From NCBI GenBank assembly GCA_964016885.1, contig OZ024745.1, positions 120,838,001 to 120,902,000 on the forward strand: a stretch of DNA of 64,000 nt. The letters run 5' to 3'. Below the pieces are notes generated by a model. That model was not told the origin of the DNA. It worked only from the letters and a program-made list of their open reading frames with translations, and searched no databases. The DNA is from Eledone cirrhosa. Its lineage: Eukaryota. The position numbers and the translations under genes were made by a program. This document shows positions 53,130-64,000 of the stretch, in pieces (the first letter of the stretch is position 1; each line of letters opens with the position of its first letter).

Positions 53130-54340
53130 AGCATAGGAGCCCATCTATTGAGCAAGTCTCTCTGCATGAGACAGATAAGATCATGAGAGTTGTGAAGGAA
53201 CTCCTTGAAAGATACTACCTACATGATAGTCAAAAACTCAAACCCAAGGAAATTGTCCAGCAATACCGTAGTGAATCCATGGATGAAAAGCTGCATACTT
53301 ATCAGCAAAAAATCATGCAGGGATATGTTGCCAGGAAGCTCCAGAGTGAGAGTAATATAGATAAGCAAAGTATTCTATCATGGACCAACAATCGCTATAT
53401 TGGCTCCCACTTTGAAGGAGATGCTTTTGCAATCCAAGAACAGAAAATCAACACAAAATACTTGATTCACAAAAGAGATAGGGAAAGCAGGCAAAACACC
53501 AAGATGTGACAACAAATGCAGACTCTGCAGAATTAACATTGAAATGTCACCCATGTCATAAGCAACTGTCCAAAGATGTCATTATGGTACTATCTACCTA
53601 TGAGGAATGATGTAGTGGCCAAAACACTGTACATTGCAATCTGTAGAAAAGATAGCCCAACAATAAACACATTAAAAGTTACAACAATGTGGAAGACATA
53701 TATATACATAATATGAAAGAGTACTGGTGGAATGTTTCAATCAAAACCCCAATAAAATGCAGGCATAACAGATCAGATATAATGATATGGGACAGGGAAA
53801 AGAAGACATGCACAGTAGTAGAAGTTAGCTGCCCAGCAGATGCCAATATAATATCAAAGCTTAGCGAAAAGGAGAAATCTATGCAGAACTAATGAGAAAT
53901 CTGCAGATACTCCACCCCGACTATACCTTCAGATTTATGCCTGTGGTTATTGGGGCACTGGGATATGTTAGTAACTGCCTCAATACAAATCTTGAGAAGC
54001 TGGGCTTCACAGAACCAGAAAGAACATAACTAGTTAGGAAATTGCAAGTACAATCCATTAATGGAACAGTAAAAATATGTAAAACATTCCAAAAATTCTA
54101 CATGTAAGAACTGCATATACACATGTACAGATACAAAACATCCATAGCCACACATACAACTCAAAACATCCACATCCACACATACAATAACATCCATACC
54201 TGTACACACATGTATGCATACATACATGCATACATATCTACCTAGTTGATGTGTAAATTCCAATGAGAGAGTCTTGTATCTATGTTAGAATCCGAAATTC
54301 TCTCTATTGGCAAAAGAAATTGTGAAATTATAAAACCAGA
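53130..54340 (+). pseudogene. R4/Dong-like non-LTR retrotransposon 3' part (CCHC knuckle, PD-(D/E)xK restriction-like endonuclease, 3' UTR)
   Basis: SHFEGDAFAIQEQKINTKY; CRLC...H VISNCPK; WWNVSIKT...HNRSDIMIWDREKKTCTVVEVSCP; MPVVIGALG. Stops and frameshifts are present, and an (ACAT)n tract follows. Confidence 0.85.
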
Positions 54341-55170
54341 AGAACATACATACATAACATATATACGTAAGTACATGCATACATATGTACAAACATACAT
54401 ATATATACACACATTCACACACATATATACACACATACATACATACACACACATACATACATACATGCAGATAGATAGACATACACACATACATACACAC
54501 ACACATATTCATACATACATACATACATACATACATACATACATACATACATACATACATACATACATACATACATACATGCAGATAATCAGACAGACAA
54601 ATAGATGCTCTTTAAACAGTATTCATGACAAAATACTAACTGGTTATAAGAAGCTATTAAACATATGGAATAAAATGCAGTAAAAACAATGAGTAAAAAT
54701 AAGAGTGAAGCAGAACTAAAGAGGCATTTGATGGTCTGGTGTTAGGCAACACTTTGATATATTAGTAACATTTTCTAATTGCCAATAAGTCAAAGAGACA
54801 ATGTTTTTAGAATGTGTGTATTTCAAGAACATTATGGTTGACTCTGTTGTAATATTGCTTCTAGAAGCTTTGGAATTTGGAAATCCGAATAAATATAATA
54901 CAAAATAGAAGTAATTTGCTGTAGTAAGTCAATAGAATTGTGGCTAGATATTTAGATTTAGAGACAGAGGAAAGAATTTACAAATATGTGCTAATCTAGT
55001 AATCTATCATTTTAAAAGAATTTCTTGGATATTTTCATATTTTACAACAATATACTTATATATATATATATATATATATAGTAACAATAATAAATGTGAA
55101 GACTAAAATCCAAAGAGGCCTCGATAAGGATAATATATATATAAATATATAAAACCGTAGAGCAAATATT

Positions 55171-55310
55171 TATTAAAATAACAGATTAAAGTTTAAGCAA
55201 AGAATCGCTGCTTTCACCCTTAATAGGATCTTTTTTTTTTAGTTTCAGAAGATTCCGTTAAGGGTGAAAGCAGCGATTCTTTGCTTAAACTTTAATCTGT
55301 TATTTTAATG
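55171..55310. repeat. Inverted repeat (~53-bp arms) in a (TA)n-embedded element
   Basis: TATTAAAATAACAGATTAAAGTTTAAGCAAAGAATCGCTGCTTTCACCCTTAA and its reverse complement. Same family at 56308-56365 and 57715-57800. Confidence 0.9.
55241..55291 (+). ncRNA. Type I hammerhead-like motif, variant core CAGAAGA, with full helix III
   Basis: AGUUU-CAGAAGA-U(U)CC(GUUAA)GGGU-GAA-AGCA(GCGAUUCUU)UGCU-U^AAACU. Has a 5-bp helix I, a 4-bp helix III and a CUU triplet. Confidence 0.55.
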
Positions 55311-55357
55311 AATATATGTATATACATATATATATATATATATAAACATATATATAT

Positions 55358-55404
<47 letters not shown>

Positions 55405-55533
55405 GTAAAATTGGGATTATACTAAGGTATATCCTAATGTTTGTTGAGTGAGATGGAAGCCAGTCAGAGTATAGCTTAAAGCTTTCTCTGTTAATGTATT
55501 AAATATATATGTATATATATATATAAACATATA

Positions 55534-55565
<32 letters not shown>

Positions 55566-55582
55566 CACATATAAATATATAT

Positions 55583-55781
<199 letters not shown>

Positions 55782-55798
55782 TTATAAAACAAACTTTG

Positions 55799-55859
55799 TA
55801 TTTTATCTGATGAGAGCGTACCAAAGTTTTGGTACTCTTGAAATATATATAATAGAATA
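55799..55859 (+). ncRNA. Type I hammerhead ribozyme, canonical core
   Basis: UAUUUUAU-CUGAUGA-GAGCGUACCA(AAGUUU)UGGUACUCUU-GAAAU-AUAU-AUA^AUAGAAUA. Has an 8-bp helix I with one GU pair and a palindromic tetraloop. AATAAA follows. Confidence 0.85.
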
Positions 55860-56049
55860 AATATGGTTTTGTAAATATAGTTTCCATTTATTTAATATCA
55901 TTGAATGTTATACTCCAAAAAACTTGTCGAGTGCTTTGAATCAGTTATAAACATTTATATTTGTTGAATTACCAACACATTGAATATCCCTTTTGCTTAT
56001 ATATATATATATATATAGAAGTGGTAACACAACAGTTAGTTCACCATAC

Positions 56050-56087
56050 CGAGAACAATTGCTTCACCTTAGCAGATCTTCAGCTCG
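56050..56087 (-). ncRNA. Mirror copy of the 56135-56172 hammerhead with GAAAC mutated to GAAGC
   Basis: Minus strand: CGAG-CUGAAGA-UCUGCUAAGGU-GAAGC-AAUU-GUU-CUCG. Confidence 0.65.
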
Positions 56088-56134
56088 TAATGGACATGGT
56101 TATACGGAACAGTTCCGTATAACCATATCCATTA

Positions 56135-56172
56135 CGAGCTGAAGATCCGCTAAGGTGAAACAATTGTTCTCG
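56135..56172 (+). ncRNA. Minimal type I hammerhead ribozyme, canonical core
   Basis: CGAG-CUGAAGA-UCC(GCUAA)GGU-GAAAC-AAUU-GUU^CUCG, with a palindromic AAUU tetraloop. Confidence 0.85.
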
Positions 56173-56428
56173 GTATGGTGAACTAACTGTTGAGTAACCA
56201 CTTCTACCCAACTCGTCCCATGGACTGAGTGCTCTACCACTACAGATATTACCTTCCAGTGTTCTACCACTATATATATATATATAGTAATAATAAATGT
56301 AAAAATCTGTTAAGGGTGAAAGCAGCGATTCTTTGCTTAAACTTTAATCTGTTCTTATAATAAATATATATATATATAACAAGAAGTGTAAGTCAACAGG
56401 TTAAAATTAACTTCATTTATTCCTATTT

Positions 56429-56499
56429 GCAGTTATATATATTTCAGTGATAAAATTATGTGATAAAATTATGCAACAGCTATGACCTCATCAGACAGC
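56429..56499 (-). ncRNA. Type I hammerhead ribozyme, canonical core, one mismatch each in helices I and II
   Basis: Minus strand: GCUGU-CUGAUGA-GGUCAUA...UAUCACU-GAAAU-AUAU-AUA^ACUGC. AATAAA follows. Confidence 0.72.
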
Positions 56500-56604
56500 T
56501 AGAATTTGAACTGAAAAAACAGACAAACATAATTACCTCTGTTGTTTTGATTTTTTATATGCTCAGTGCTAAAGTTTGGTGTTGTTTTCTCAAAACACTG
56601 GTCG

Positions 56605-56635
<31 letters not shown>

Positions 56636-56639
56636 CACT

Positions 56640-56864
56640 GTTGTGAACTTATTTTATATAAATATAATGAAGGAAGTGTGGTAAGGAACCAGGTGGACCA
56701 TAGTGCACCAGAGTACTCGATACTTAGGGTAGTAGAGTGGGTAATAGGAAAAGTTCAGGATCTCGACGGCAGAGCTCAAGCCATTTCGACTGCAATTTCT
56801 AGGTCCAAAATTAGCCGTCGAAACGGCTTGAGCTCTGCCGTCGGGGTCCTGAACCTTTTCCTAT
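56640..56864 (-). mobile_element. Fold-back element in (TA)n: inverted arms 56744-56864 plus unique tail
   Basis: ATAGGAAAAGTTCAGGATCTCGACGGCAGAGCTCAAGCCATTTCGAC...GTCGAAACGGCTTGAGCTCTGCCGTCGGGGTCCTGAACCTTTTCCTAT. The tail matches 21780-21820 and 22040-22080. Confidence 0.8.
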
Positions 56865-57177
56865 ATATAAATATATGTATATATATAATAAAATGTTGTA
56901 GTTTGCTTGAAACATTGTATATAATATATAATGTGGAAAGTGATATATGTAAGAAGGCTAAAACAATACAAAATCGAATGTAAGATGAAGGCATCAAAAA
57001 AGTTAGTTACCTGGTAATCTTTGTTTTTTTAGGTTTCTTTTGTCCTAATATTTCGTCAGAGTATAGGGAACTCCCAGAGAAAAACGTTCCGGTCTATTGT
57101 GGATTGGTCAATATTTTCATTTGATTTTACTTGAATCGGCATGTCTGCTGAATAGATCGATACTGGAGTCAGGTCTA

Positions 57178-57230
57178 TTACATTGATAAAGATGAAGACC
57201 CTGAGCCAATCATCTATGAAACATATGTAA
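57178..57230 (+). ncRNA. Hammerhead motif with U3-A8 covariant core (UUGAUAA)
   Basis: UUACA-UUGAUAA-AGAUGA(14 nt)UCAUCU-AU-GAAA-CA-UA^UGUAA. Has a 5-bp helix I and a 6-bp helix II. GAAACATA may be a CpG-decayed GAAACGTA. AATAAA lies downstream. Confidence 0.6.
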
Positions 57231-57480
57231 CATTCAATATGCAATAAAAACATTTAAAAATGAAACTTCATTATCTCATTCATTATATATATATATGATT
57301 AAGAATGGTTTTCCAAAGGAAAATGGAAAGGAACCACAATTAAATAAGGAACAAAATACATTAGTAAAGATAATGCATATCTATTTCTAGAACATTCCTG
57401 ATGATTTCAAATGAATAAAACAGTTCTAGTCCCGTAGAAGTCATTTCCATAAGAAATACACACACACACACACACATGCG

Positions 57481-57513
<33 letters not shown>

Positions 57514-57600
57514 GTAAAAGGTAAACAGAAATAACAACACAATCGGTACAGTATATGGAAGTATTATATTAGGTTAACGTTTGAAATAACAGGAAGAGGG

Positions 57601-57636
57601 TCTTAACGTTTCGGACGCTAGTCCTTCATCAGAAGA
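57601..57636 (-). ncRNA. Minimal type I hammerhead ribozyme, canonical core
   Basis: Minus strand: UCUU-CUGAUGA-A-GGAC(UAGC)GUCC-GAAAC-GUU^AAGA, with palindromic AACGUU in place of helix III. Confidence 0.87.
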
Positions 57637-57736
57637 AAGAAGGAGAAATAAGATAGATTGAAGGGACGGGTGGGTTGGAATTGGAAATAATGTCTTTGAC
57701 ATATATATATATATATTTATTAAAATAACAGATTAA

Positions 57737-57787
57737 AGTTTAAGCAAAGAATCGCTGCTTTCACCCTTGACGGGATCTTCTGAAACT
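57737..57787 (-). ncRNA. Second copy of the CAGAAGA hammerhead-like motif
   Basis: Minus strand: AGUUU-CAGAAGA-UCCC(GUCAA)GGGU-GAAAGCA...UGCUU^AAACU. Part of a ~470-bp CpG-rich element (57715-58185). Confidence 0.58.
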
Positions 57788-57866
57788 AAAAAAATCGATC
57801 TGTGAATGCAGAAGTAAATATTTCGAAAAACGTTGCAACCGAAGGAAGACAGAGAGACGATACTTT

Positions 57867-58152
57867 GGTTCGCGAAGATGTTCCCTGGCGATGAACGGGA
57901 AAAAAACGAAGATAATACATCATTATGTGGAGCAGTGAGAACAATTACATGCAAAGACAAAACGACGTTTATGGTATAAATGAGGTCGTAGACTAATATT
58001 CTATTTAGGTGGTTCGTGGAGATGTTCCCTGGCAATGAATGGAAAAAAAACGAAGATAATACGTCATTATTTGGAGCATTGAGAACAATTACACGCAAAG
58101 ACAAAACCACGTCTATGGGATAAATGAAGTCATAGACTAAAATTCTATTTAG
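57867..58152. repeat. ~142-bp diverged tandem duplication inside the hammerhead-bearing element
   Basis: GGTTCG.G.AGATGTTCCCTGGC.ATGAA...GACTAA.ATTCTATTTAGG occurs twice. Confidence 0.88.
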
Positions 58153-58673
58153 GAAACCGAATGATACTCGGCGTCAGAGTTAAAAATAATGTAAATAAAT
58201 TACAGAGGTTATTGAAATCAACAATAATTAAATATATACATGCACGCATCCATATACATACATACACGTGCATACACGAAAACACCCGCCATGGGTATGC
58301 ATATACAAGCACGTACACAAAAACATGTGTACGCATACAAAAACCCGCGCAACACCTGTACCTGCACACATACGAACGTATATAACAAATACACATAAAA
58401 ATATATAAAAAAATATATATGTGTGTGCGTGTTTAGATATAATTATATAAACATATATAAATATACACACATAAATACGTATATAATGCGCGCACACACA
58501 TACCTACAGGTAAATACACATATGTTCCCTCAACGTACGTCAACCAAAACACAAAGTACACATTATGGTCTGTTGGTGGCAAAGCAGATAAAAAGAAGCG
58601 CTCAATGACCTGTATAAATGCTGCAAGTCAGAGCATTATATATTAATATATCTATTAATATATATATATATTA

Positions 58674-58707
<34 letters not shown>

Positions 58708-59216
58708 TTAAAATTAAGCCAAAAGGGGGGAGGGGGGTATAATCTAGATCGGCTAAAATAAGTCAGTTTCACTTATATAGTTCTCTGACCATGGTTATAA
58801 ATTAATATTAACTGCACCCAGTCTACACTGTAAAGTGGTCATGTAGGAGACACGGTAAAAAGACTCCCAGTCCACACTGTAAATGTGGTTGGTGTTAGGA
58901 AGGGCATCCAGCCATAGAAAACCTGCCAGAAACAGTTCTATACAAGCAAGACGTGGTCACCTGACCAATCTTGTCTCAAGTGGGACAAACCCGTCCAACC
59001 CATGCTAGCATGGAAGATGGATGTTAAATGATGATGATGATGATGATGCTCCGTTATTGTTGAATTAATTTAGACGGTTTTTGGCTGCTATTTCCAGATT
59101 TAATATAAGCCCGTTGTATTGTCCTAATACATTAAGTGGGATATATCTATACAGTAATTCAGTATTGCAATACATTCATCACCATGTGTTCTGTCAACAA
59201 CATAGTATGTATGATA

Positions 59217-59600
59217 TGGCTTAGGGGTTAGAGCATTGGCCTTGCAATCGAAAGGTTGTGAGTTCAATTCTCAGACCGAGTGATGTGTTGTTTCCTTGAG
59301 CAAGACACTTTATTTCACATTCATTGCTCCAGTTTACTCAGCTGTAGAAATGAGATGATAGGGACTGGGTCTCTATCATTCCACTGCAAAGTGGTCGTCG
59401 AGGTGCCACGGCAAAAAAGCACCCAGCCCACACTGTAAAGTGGACGTGTAGGTGCCATGGAAAAAAAGGACCCAGCACTCACTGTAAATGAGGTTGGTGT
59501 TAGGAAGGGCATCCAGCTGTAGAAATCAAGCCAGAATCCGTTCCCATCCCACCCTTGCAAGCAGGGAAAAGCGGACGTAAAATGATGATGATGATGATGA
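59217..59600 (+). mobile_element. Composite SINE (tRNA head, CORE-like, 42-bp repeats, Meta-like, RTE tail)
   Basis: TGGCTTAGGGGTTAGAGC / GAGTTCAATTCTC / TCCTTGAGCAAGACACTT / GGTTGGTGTTAGGAAGGGCATCCAGC / CCCACCCTTGCAAGCAGGGAAAAGCGGACGTAAAA(TGA)n. Confidence 0.87.
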
Positions 59601-59732
59601 TATATATTCACCTAGTCCCCTTAATTGGGATATATCTATATAGTAATTCAGCAATACACCTTGTTCATCATGTGTTCTGACAATGACATAGTATGTATGA
59701 TATATATTCAACTTGTCCTCCTAAGTAAGAAT

Positions 59733-59819
59733 CTCCTCCTGATGAAGGAACTGAAATTCTTCCAACGTCTCGGAATAATTGATGTTATTTCTTGAGTTTC
59801 AGAAACCATAGTTGGGGAG
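59733..59819 (+). ncRNA. Type I hammerhead ribozyme, canonical core, long helix II insert
   Basis: CUCCUC-CUGAUGA-A-GGAACU...(~45 nt)...AGUUUC-A-GAAAC-CAUA-GUU^GGGGAG. Has a 6-bp helix I with one GU pair. Confidence 0.72.
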
Positions 59820-59959
59820 CTGTATTAGTAAAACTGACTTATTTTAGTCAGTCTAGTTTAATATATTTTATTACTTCTCTGAGTAGATAATTTATTAAGA
59901 CATCTTCTCCTTTCATTGGGATGTTTACGTATTAGAGACAGTTAACTTTAAAAGTTATA

Positions 59960-60215
59960 AATTTATTGTGGCACCAACATAATCACTTTACAGAGTGTAC
60001 TGGGTGCATTTTATTGTGGCACCAACATAACCACATTACAGAGTGTACTGGGTGCATTTTATTGTGGCACCAACATAACCACATTACAGAGTGTACTGGG
60101 TGCATTTTATTGTGGCACCAACATAACCACATTACAGAGTGTACTGGGTGCATTTTATTGTGGCACCAACATAACCACATTACAGAGTGTACTGGGTGCA
60201 TTTCATTGTGGTACC
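59960..60215. repeat. 48-bp tandem array derived from the SINE internal unit
   Basis: Five copies of TTTTATTGTGGCACCAACATAACCACATTACAGAGTGTACTGGGTGCA. Confidence 0.92.
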
Positions 60216-60529
60216 ATCACTGGAGAGGTTGTTGCATGCTTGTCCAGACTAAAGAATCCTATCAAACCTTATTTACTTTTATTATCGCAGTGCTTATACT
60301 GGTGGACTTTTGTATTATAGCATATTGCCTGTTAACATGCTCCTGGTCATCTTCTTCATGAAGTTCAGTTTGTTGAACTCATTCTTCACAATGTTGTCAC
60401 CCTCTACCAACAGTTTTCATCCACTTCAAGTCCTCAACACTTTTTTTATACAACTCTACCTCTCCTTACACGTCATATGACTATACTAGCAAATAGCAGA
60501 AAGGTTCTTTAGAATAATATTTTTGATTG

Positions 60530-61171
60530 TTTACAGTATTTAATATTAGTAGTAGATAGGATCCGAAAGAGATGATGTGTTAAGGCTACGTGTTTAATGT
60601 TGGTAGTCCATGCAGAAGGATAAGAGAGGAAAACGCTGCGAGGATATATAACAAAGGATTTATTTTTTTCTTAAAATATTACAATAAAATGCTAGGTGCT
60701 GTTGTGGCATATATCTAGGTAAGAGGTTGCTGGGCCCTTGCCGAGAGGACCAAAGTTCCCTGGTAAATGTTTCATCTTGCCAGTTGCTCCAGGGAAGGGA
60801 TTGATATAATGTCCTGCTTGTACAAAGAAGAAACTGCATCTGGTTGAAGTCAAAAGAGGTACAAATTTTTTAGCTGGGCAGAAGTAAGTACCTGGTATTT
60901 CTACGCCGCTGACTTACCGGCCTGGTGACTGACCAAGTGTAACCCAATTGTTCCGCCGCAATAAGTACTGCCTTTGCTTTCTACAAGCACAATCGTTTCT
61001 CTTGTATGTTACATTCATTTCCTCATAAACTTAGCTTTTCTCTCAGTTCTCTTGTGCTCTATCATTCATATACACCAACAATACACATCCAGTATAGCAT
61101 GCATACTTCATTTTATTTTAGCCACCACAAATCCTCTGCACTCAATACTTATGTCTTGCTGCAATGTTACA
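60530..61171 (-). mobile_element. Probable solo LTR
   Basis: The minus strand starts TGTAACA, contains TGTAAT...AATAAA, and has candidate ...ACA ends at ~60576 or ~60528. No TSD was found. Related to 19560-20040. Confidence 0.45.
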
Positions 61172-61280
61172 TAGCAGTTTAAACACAGACATCATATAAT
61201 CATCCCTACACTTTGTAGATATGGTGTACATATACTGGGATACATAGGAAGAGCACAGAATCAGTTACATTATTTTATAA

Positions 61281-62235
61281 GGGCGGTGGATTGGCAATAT
61301 CAGTAGAGGGTCTGACGCCTTGCTTTGCAGCATAGAGTTACGGGCCTTTACGGTCTGAGTTCAAATCCTGCTGAGGTTAACTTTGCTTTTCATCCTTACG
61401 GGGGTCGATAAAATAAAGTACCAGTAATGCACTGGGATAATTGCAGGCCTTGTGCCAAAAGTAGAAACAATTATTTTATATTGGCAGTATCGGTAGAGCG
61501 CCAGACAATCCTTATTAAGCTAATGTTTGCAACATAATTAAACAAAGGCACTTTTATAAAATTATGATGGAAAGTTTTTAGATAATCTAAACTTTTTAAA
61601 ACAAACATTATTATATCATGCAACCTAGGGTGGTGGATTGGCAGTATCGGTAGAGAGTCGGACGCCATGCTTTGCAGCATAGAGTTACGGCCCTTTATGA
61701 TCTGAGTTCAAATCCCGCTGAGGTTAACTTTGCCTTTCATCCTTACGGGGGTCGATAAAATAAAGTACCAGTAATGTACTGGGGTTGATTTAATCGACTT
61801 CTCCTCAAAAAAATTGCTGGCCTTATGCCTATATAAGAAACCATTATATCATGCAACCGAGGGTGATGGATTGACAGAATCGGTAGAGCATCGGACAACA
61901 TGCTTTGCAGCATAGAGTTACGTCCCTTTGCATTCTGAGTTCAAATGCCTCCAAGGTTAACTTTGCCTTTCATCCTTGTGGGGGCAAGAAAATAAAGTAC
62001 TGAGGTCAATTTGATAGACCCTTCCAAAAAATTGTTGACCTTGTGCCAACATCAGCAAACTCTATTTTATGTTCTGAGTGGATTAGCAGTATTGGTAGAG
62101 CATCAGACACCATGCTTTACAGCATAGAGTTATGGCCCTTTATGTTCAGTGTTCAAATTCTGCCGAGGGGTTGATAAAATAAAACACCAGTAATGCACTG
62201 GGTAATTAGCCTTGTGCCAAAAGTAAAAAGAATTA
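61281..62235 (+). mobile_element. Cluster of four head-to-tail family A SINEs
   Basis: Copies start at ~61281, 61628, 61860 and 62078, each with GGATTGGCAG / GAGTTCAAAT / GGCCTTGTGCC-type motifs. Confidence 0.87.
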
Positions 62236-62435
62236 TTTGATGTCCTGAGTTAAAATCTCAACTCTGTGTCATTTATCTTTCATCCTTCAAACATTGATAA
62301 TTAGTTTATTTTAAGAATATTTTAGAACTGCACAAATCTTTGAATCAGGTGCCATTTCTCACTCTTTGATATTCTCTGAGTCTGAGAAATATTTGTGATG
62401 AGTATTTGTAACATTTTAGGAGTTTTTTTAGTCTT

Positions 62436-62650
62436 TTAACCTTTTAGCATTTAAACCAGCCATATCCGACCAGAATCTCTCACCTCTTTCTAGTCAAATT
62501 GGCCATAACCAGCTGTTCATACTTAAGTTAAGGTATTGTTCTCAAAATAAATAATATCAAAATTTCACAAATTTGATTTCATAGGAGATAAAGTGTTTAC
62601 CATGAAAATACAATAGTAAATATAGAGTAATGTAAATGTTAAAGGATTAA
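62436..62650 (+). mobile_element. piggyBac-type MITE copy
   Basis: TTAACCTTTTAGCATTTAAACC ... GTAAATGTTAAAGGATTAA. Confidence 0.8.
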
Positions 62651-62855
62651 ATATCAGATACTGTGTAAAGCTCATGTAGTATTTGACACTAAATGTAAAG
62701 TTACGACACAAAATTATATTTAGAAATGCATGTTAAAATAATCACTGGTTGGTAAAGTAAGTGATGTGGTCAATTTAATCAACCACACCTTAAGAAGTGC
62801 CCCAGCATGGCCACAGTCTAATGACTGAAATCAGCAAAGGAATAAAAGAATAAAT

Positions 62856-62908
<53 letters not shown>

Positions 62909-63638
62909 CTCACATAGATGTATATAGACCATGTTATTTTAAAGAAATATACCTAAGTTTCTTTCTTCCCTCCCACAGAATTTGCCCTGTAAACCTCAAA
63001 AGAGATCTCCCGCCCACCAAACTGCTGAAATACCCCAGCTGTACCTGACAATATATATCTCACAACCCTTTACAGTGCCCCTACTTTACACTACTCCACC
63101 TAACTATACTACTAAACTAAAGAGCAAGTAGTAAGCAGGACGGTGGGGGGGAGCAGGGTGTATTTATTACATAACACTATTAATGTTTTACAACAGCTTG
63201 ACTCATTGGTCTGTGTGTGTGTTGCTTCATTACAACAACACATACACACATATAGACCACACCTTCCTCCCACATATATTTAGATACATTTGACATTTAT
63301 AAACTATAGACAGACACACAGACACAGACACTTCTCTACATGTGTGTGTACACATGTAGACATATACATACATTAATACATTCATATATATGCTTCAACC
63401 TCTATTCTTTGCTAGGCAATATTATTTCTATCTCTAAACTTACTTAGCTATGCTCCCCCTTAAGTACCGTCATGGTAGACTAACTTGTCTGAAAGACACC
63501 AATAGACTAATATCTTTAGATCTCTGCGACAGTGTAGCCACAACTATTTATTATTTGTCATTATATATGTGTGCATGATACTAGCTGTTTCTCAACTAAA
63601 TATATGAAAGAGACTTTTCTGTATGTCATTTAAATTTG

Positions 63639-63681
<43 letters not shown>

Positions 63682-63953
63682 CTAAAATCAGTTCCCGTCC
63701 CACCCTTGCAAGCAGGGAAAAGCGGACGTAAAATGAAATGAAAATGAAATGATGAAGTACCAATCAGTACGAAACAGAGCTCTGTCAGCTTTATCTCCCC
63801 TGTTTGCTGAAAATTTAAAGTAAGTGAGACTGTCACTACTCTAAAACAATAGTGTAAGGTCTTCTAAATGCTTTTAATTAAGCATACAGTGTATTGCAAA
63901 ATACACTATATATACATTCATATATATATATCGCTATTTCAGAGCACCAATTC

Positions 63954-64000
<47 letters not shown>

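Larger units (their letters stand above)
56016..56206. repeat. Near-perfect palindrome, 95-bp arms, centre at 56111, each arm carrying a hammerhead
   Basis: TAGAAGTGG...GTTATACGGAAC-A-GTTCCGTATAAC...CCACTTCTA, with a few mismatches. Confidence 0.95.

Noticed and set aside
54255-54312. CCAATGA...GAAA hairpin in the 3' UTR of the R4-like element
   Set aside because: Two core mismatches and no helix I. It needs a family consensus.
57390-57460. CTGATGA at ~57398 and an opposite-strand hammerhead-like stem arrangement
   Set aside because: Neither strand gives a complete core with correct helices.
58742-58790. GAAACTGACTTATTTTAG motif shared with 59830-59855
   Set aside because: A helix-III-like stem is present but there is no CUGANGA. 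Only a short dispersed similarity.

Overview
Eukaryotic, AT-rich, repeat-saturated non-genic (intergenic or large-intron) DNA. The SINE and RTE families and the microsatellite density suggest a coleoid cephalopod such as Octopus; this is inference and no search was run. I found no credible host protein-coding gene: every long ORF is a by-product of a tandem repeat or a decayed transposon. The window holds a 3.4-kb (CCAYA)n satellite; minisatellites of 45, 53, ~42, 41 and 39 bp; many tRNA-derived SINEs; fragments of RTE, R4/Dong-like and Vingi-like LINEs; a mariner pseudogene; piggyBac-type MITEs; a non-autonomous Helitron; and two LTR-like solos. The most striking signal is invisible in the ORF track. 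About 11 type I hammerhead-ribozyme motifs from several unrelated sequence families occur here, 9 of them in 55.2-59.8 kb. They lie in short protein-less elements, mostly embedded in (TA)n tracts and often folded into long palindromes, some of which turn at or beside the ribozyme. This resembles Penelope-like pseudo-LTR or retrozyme remnants. All RNA folds were made by eye and need computational and biochemical confirmation.
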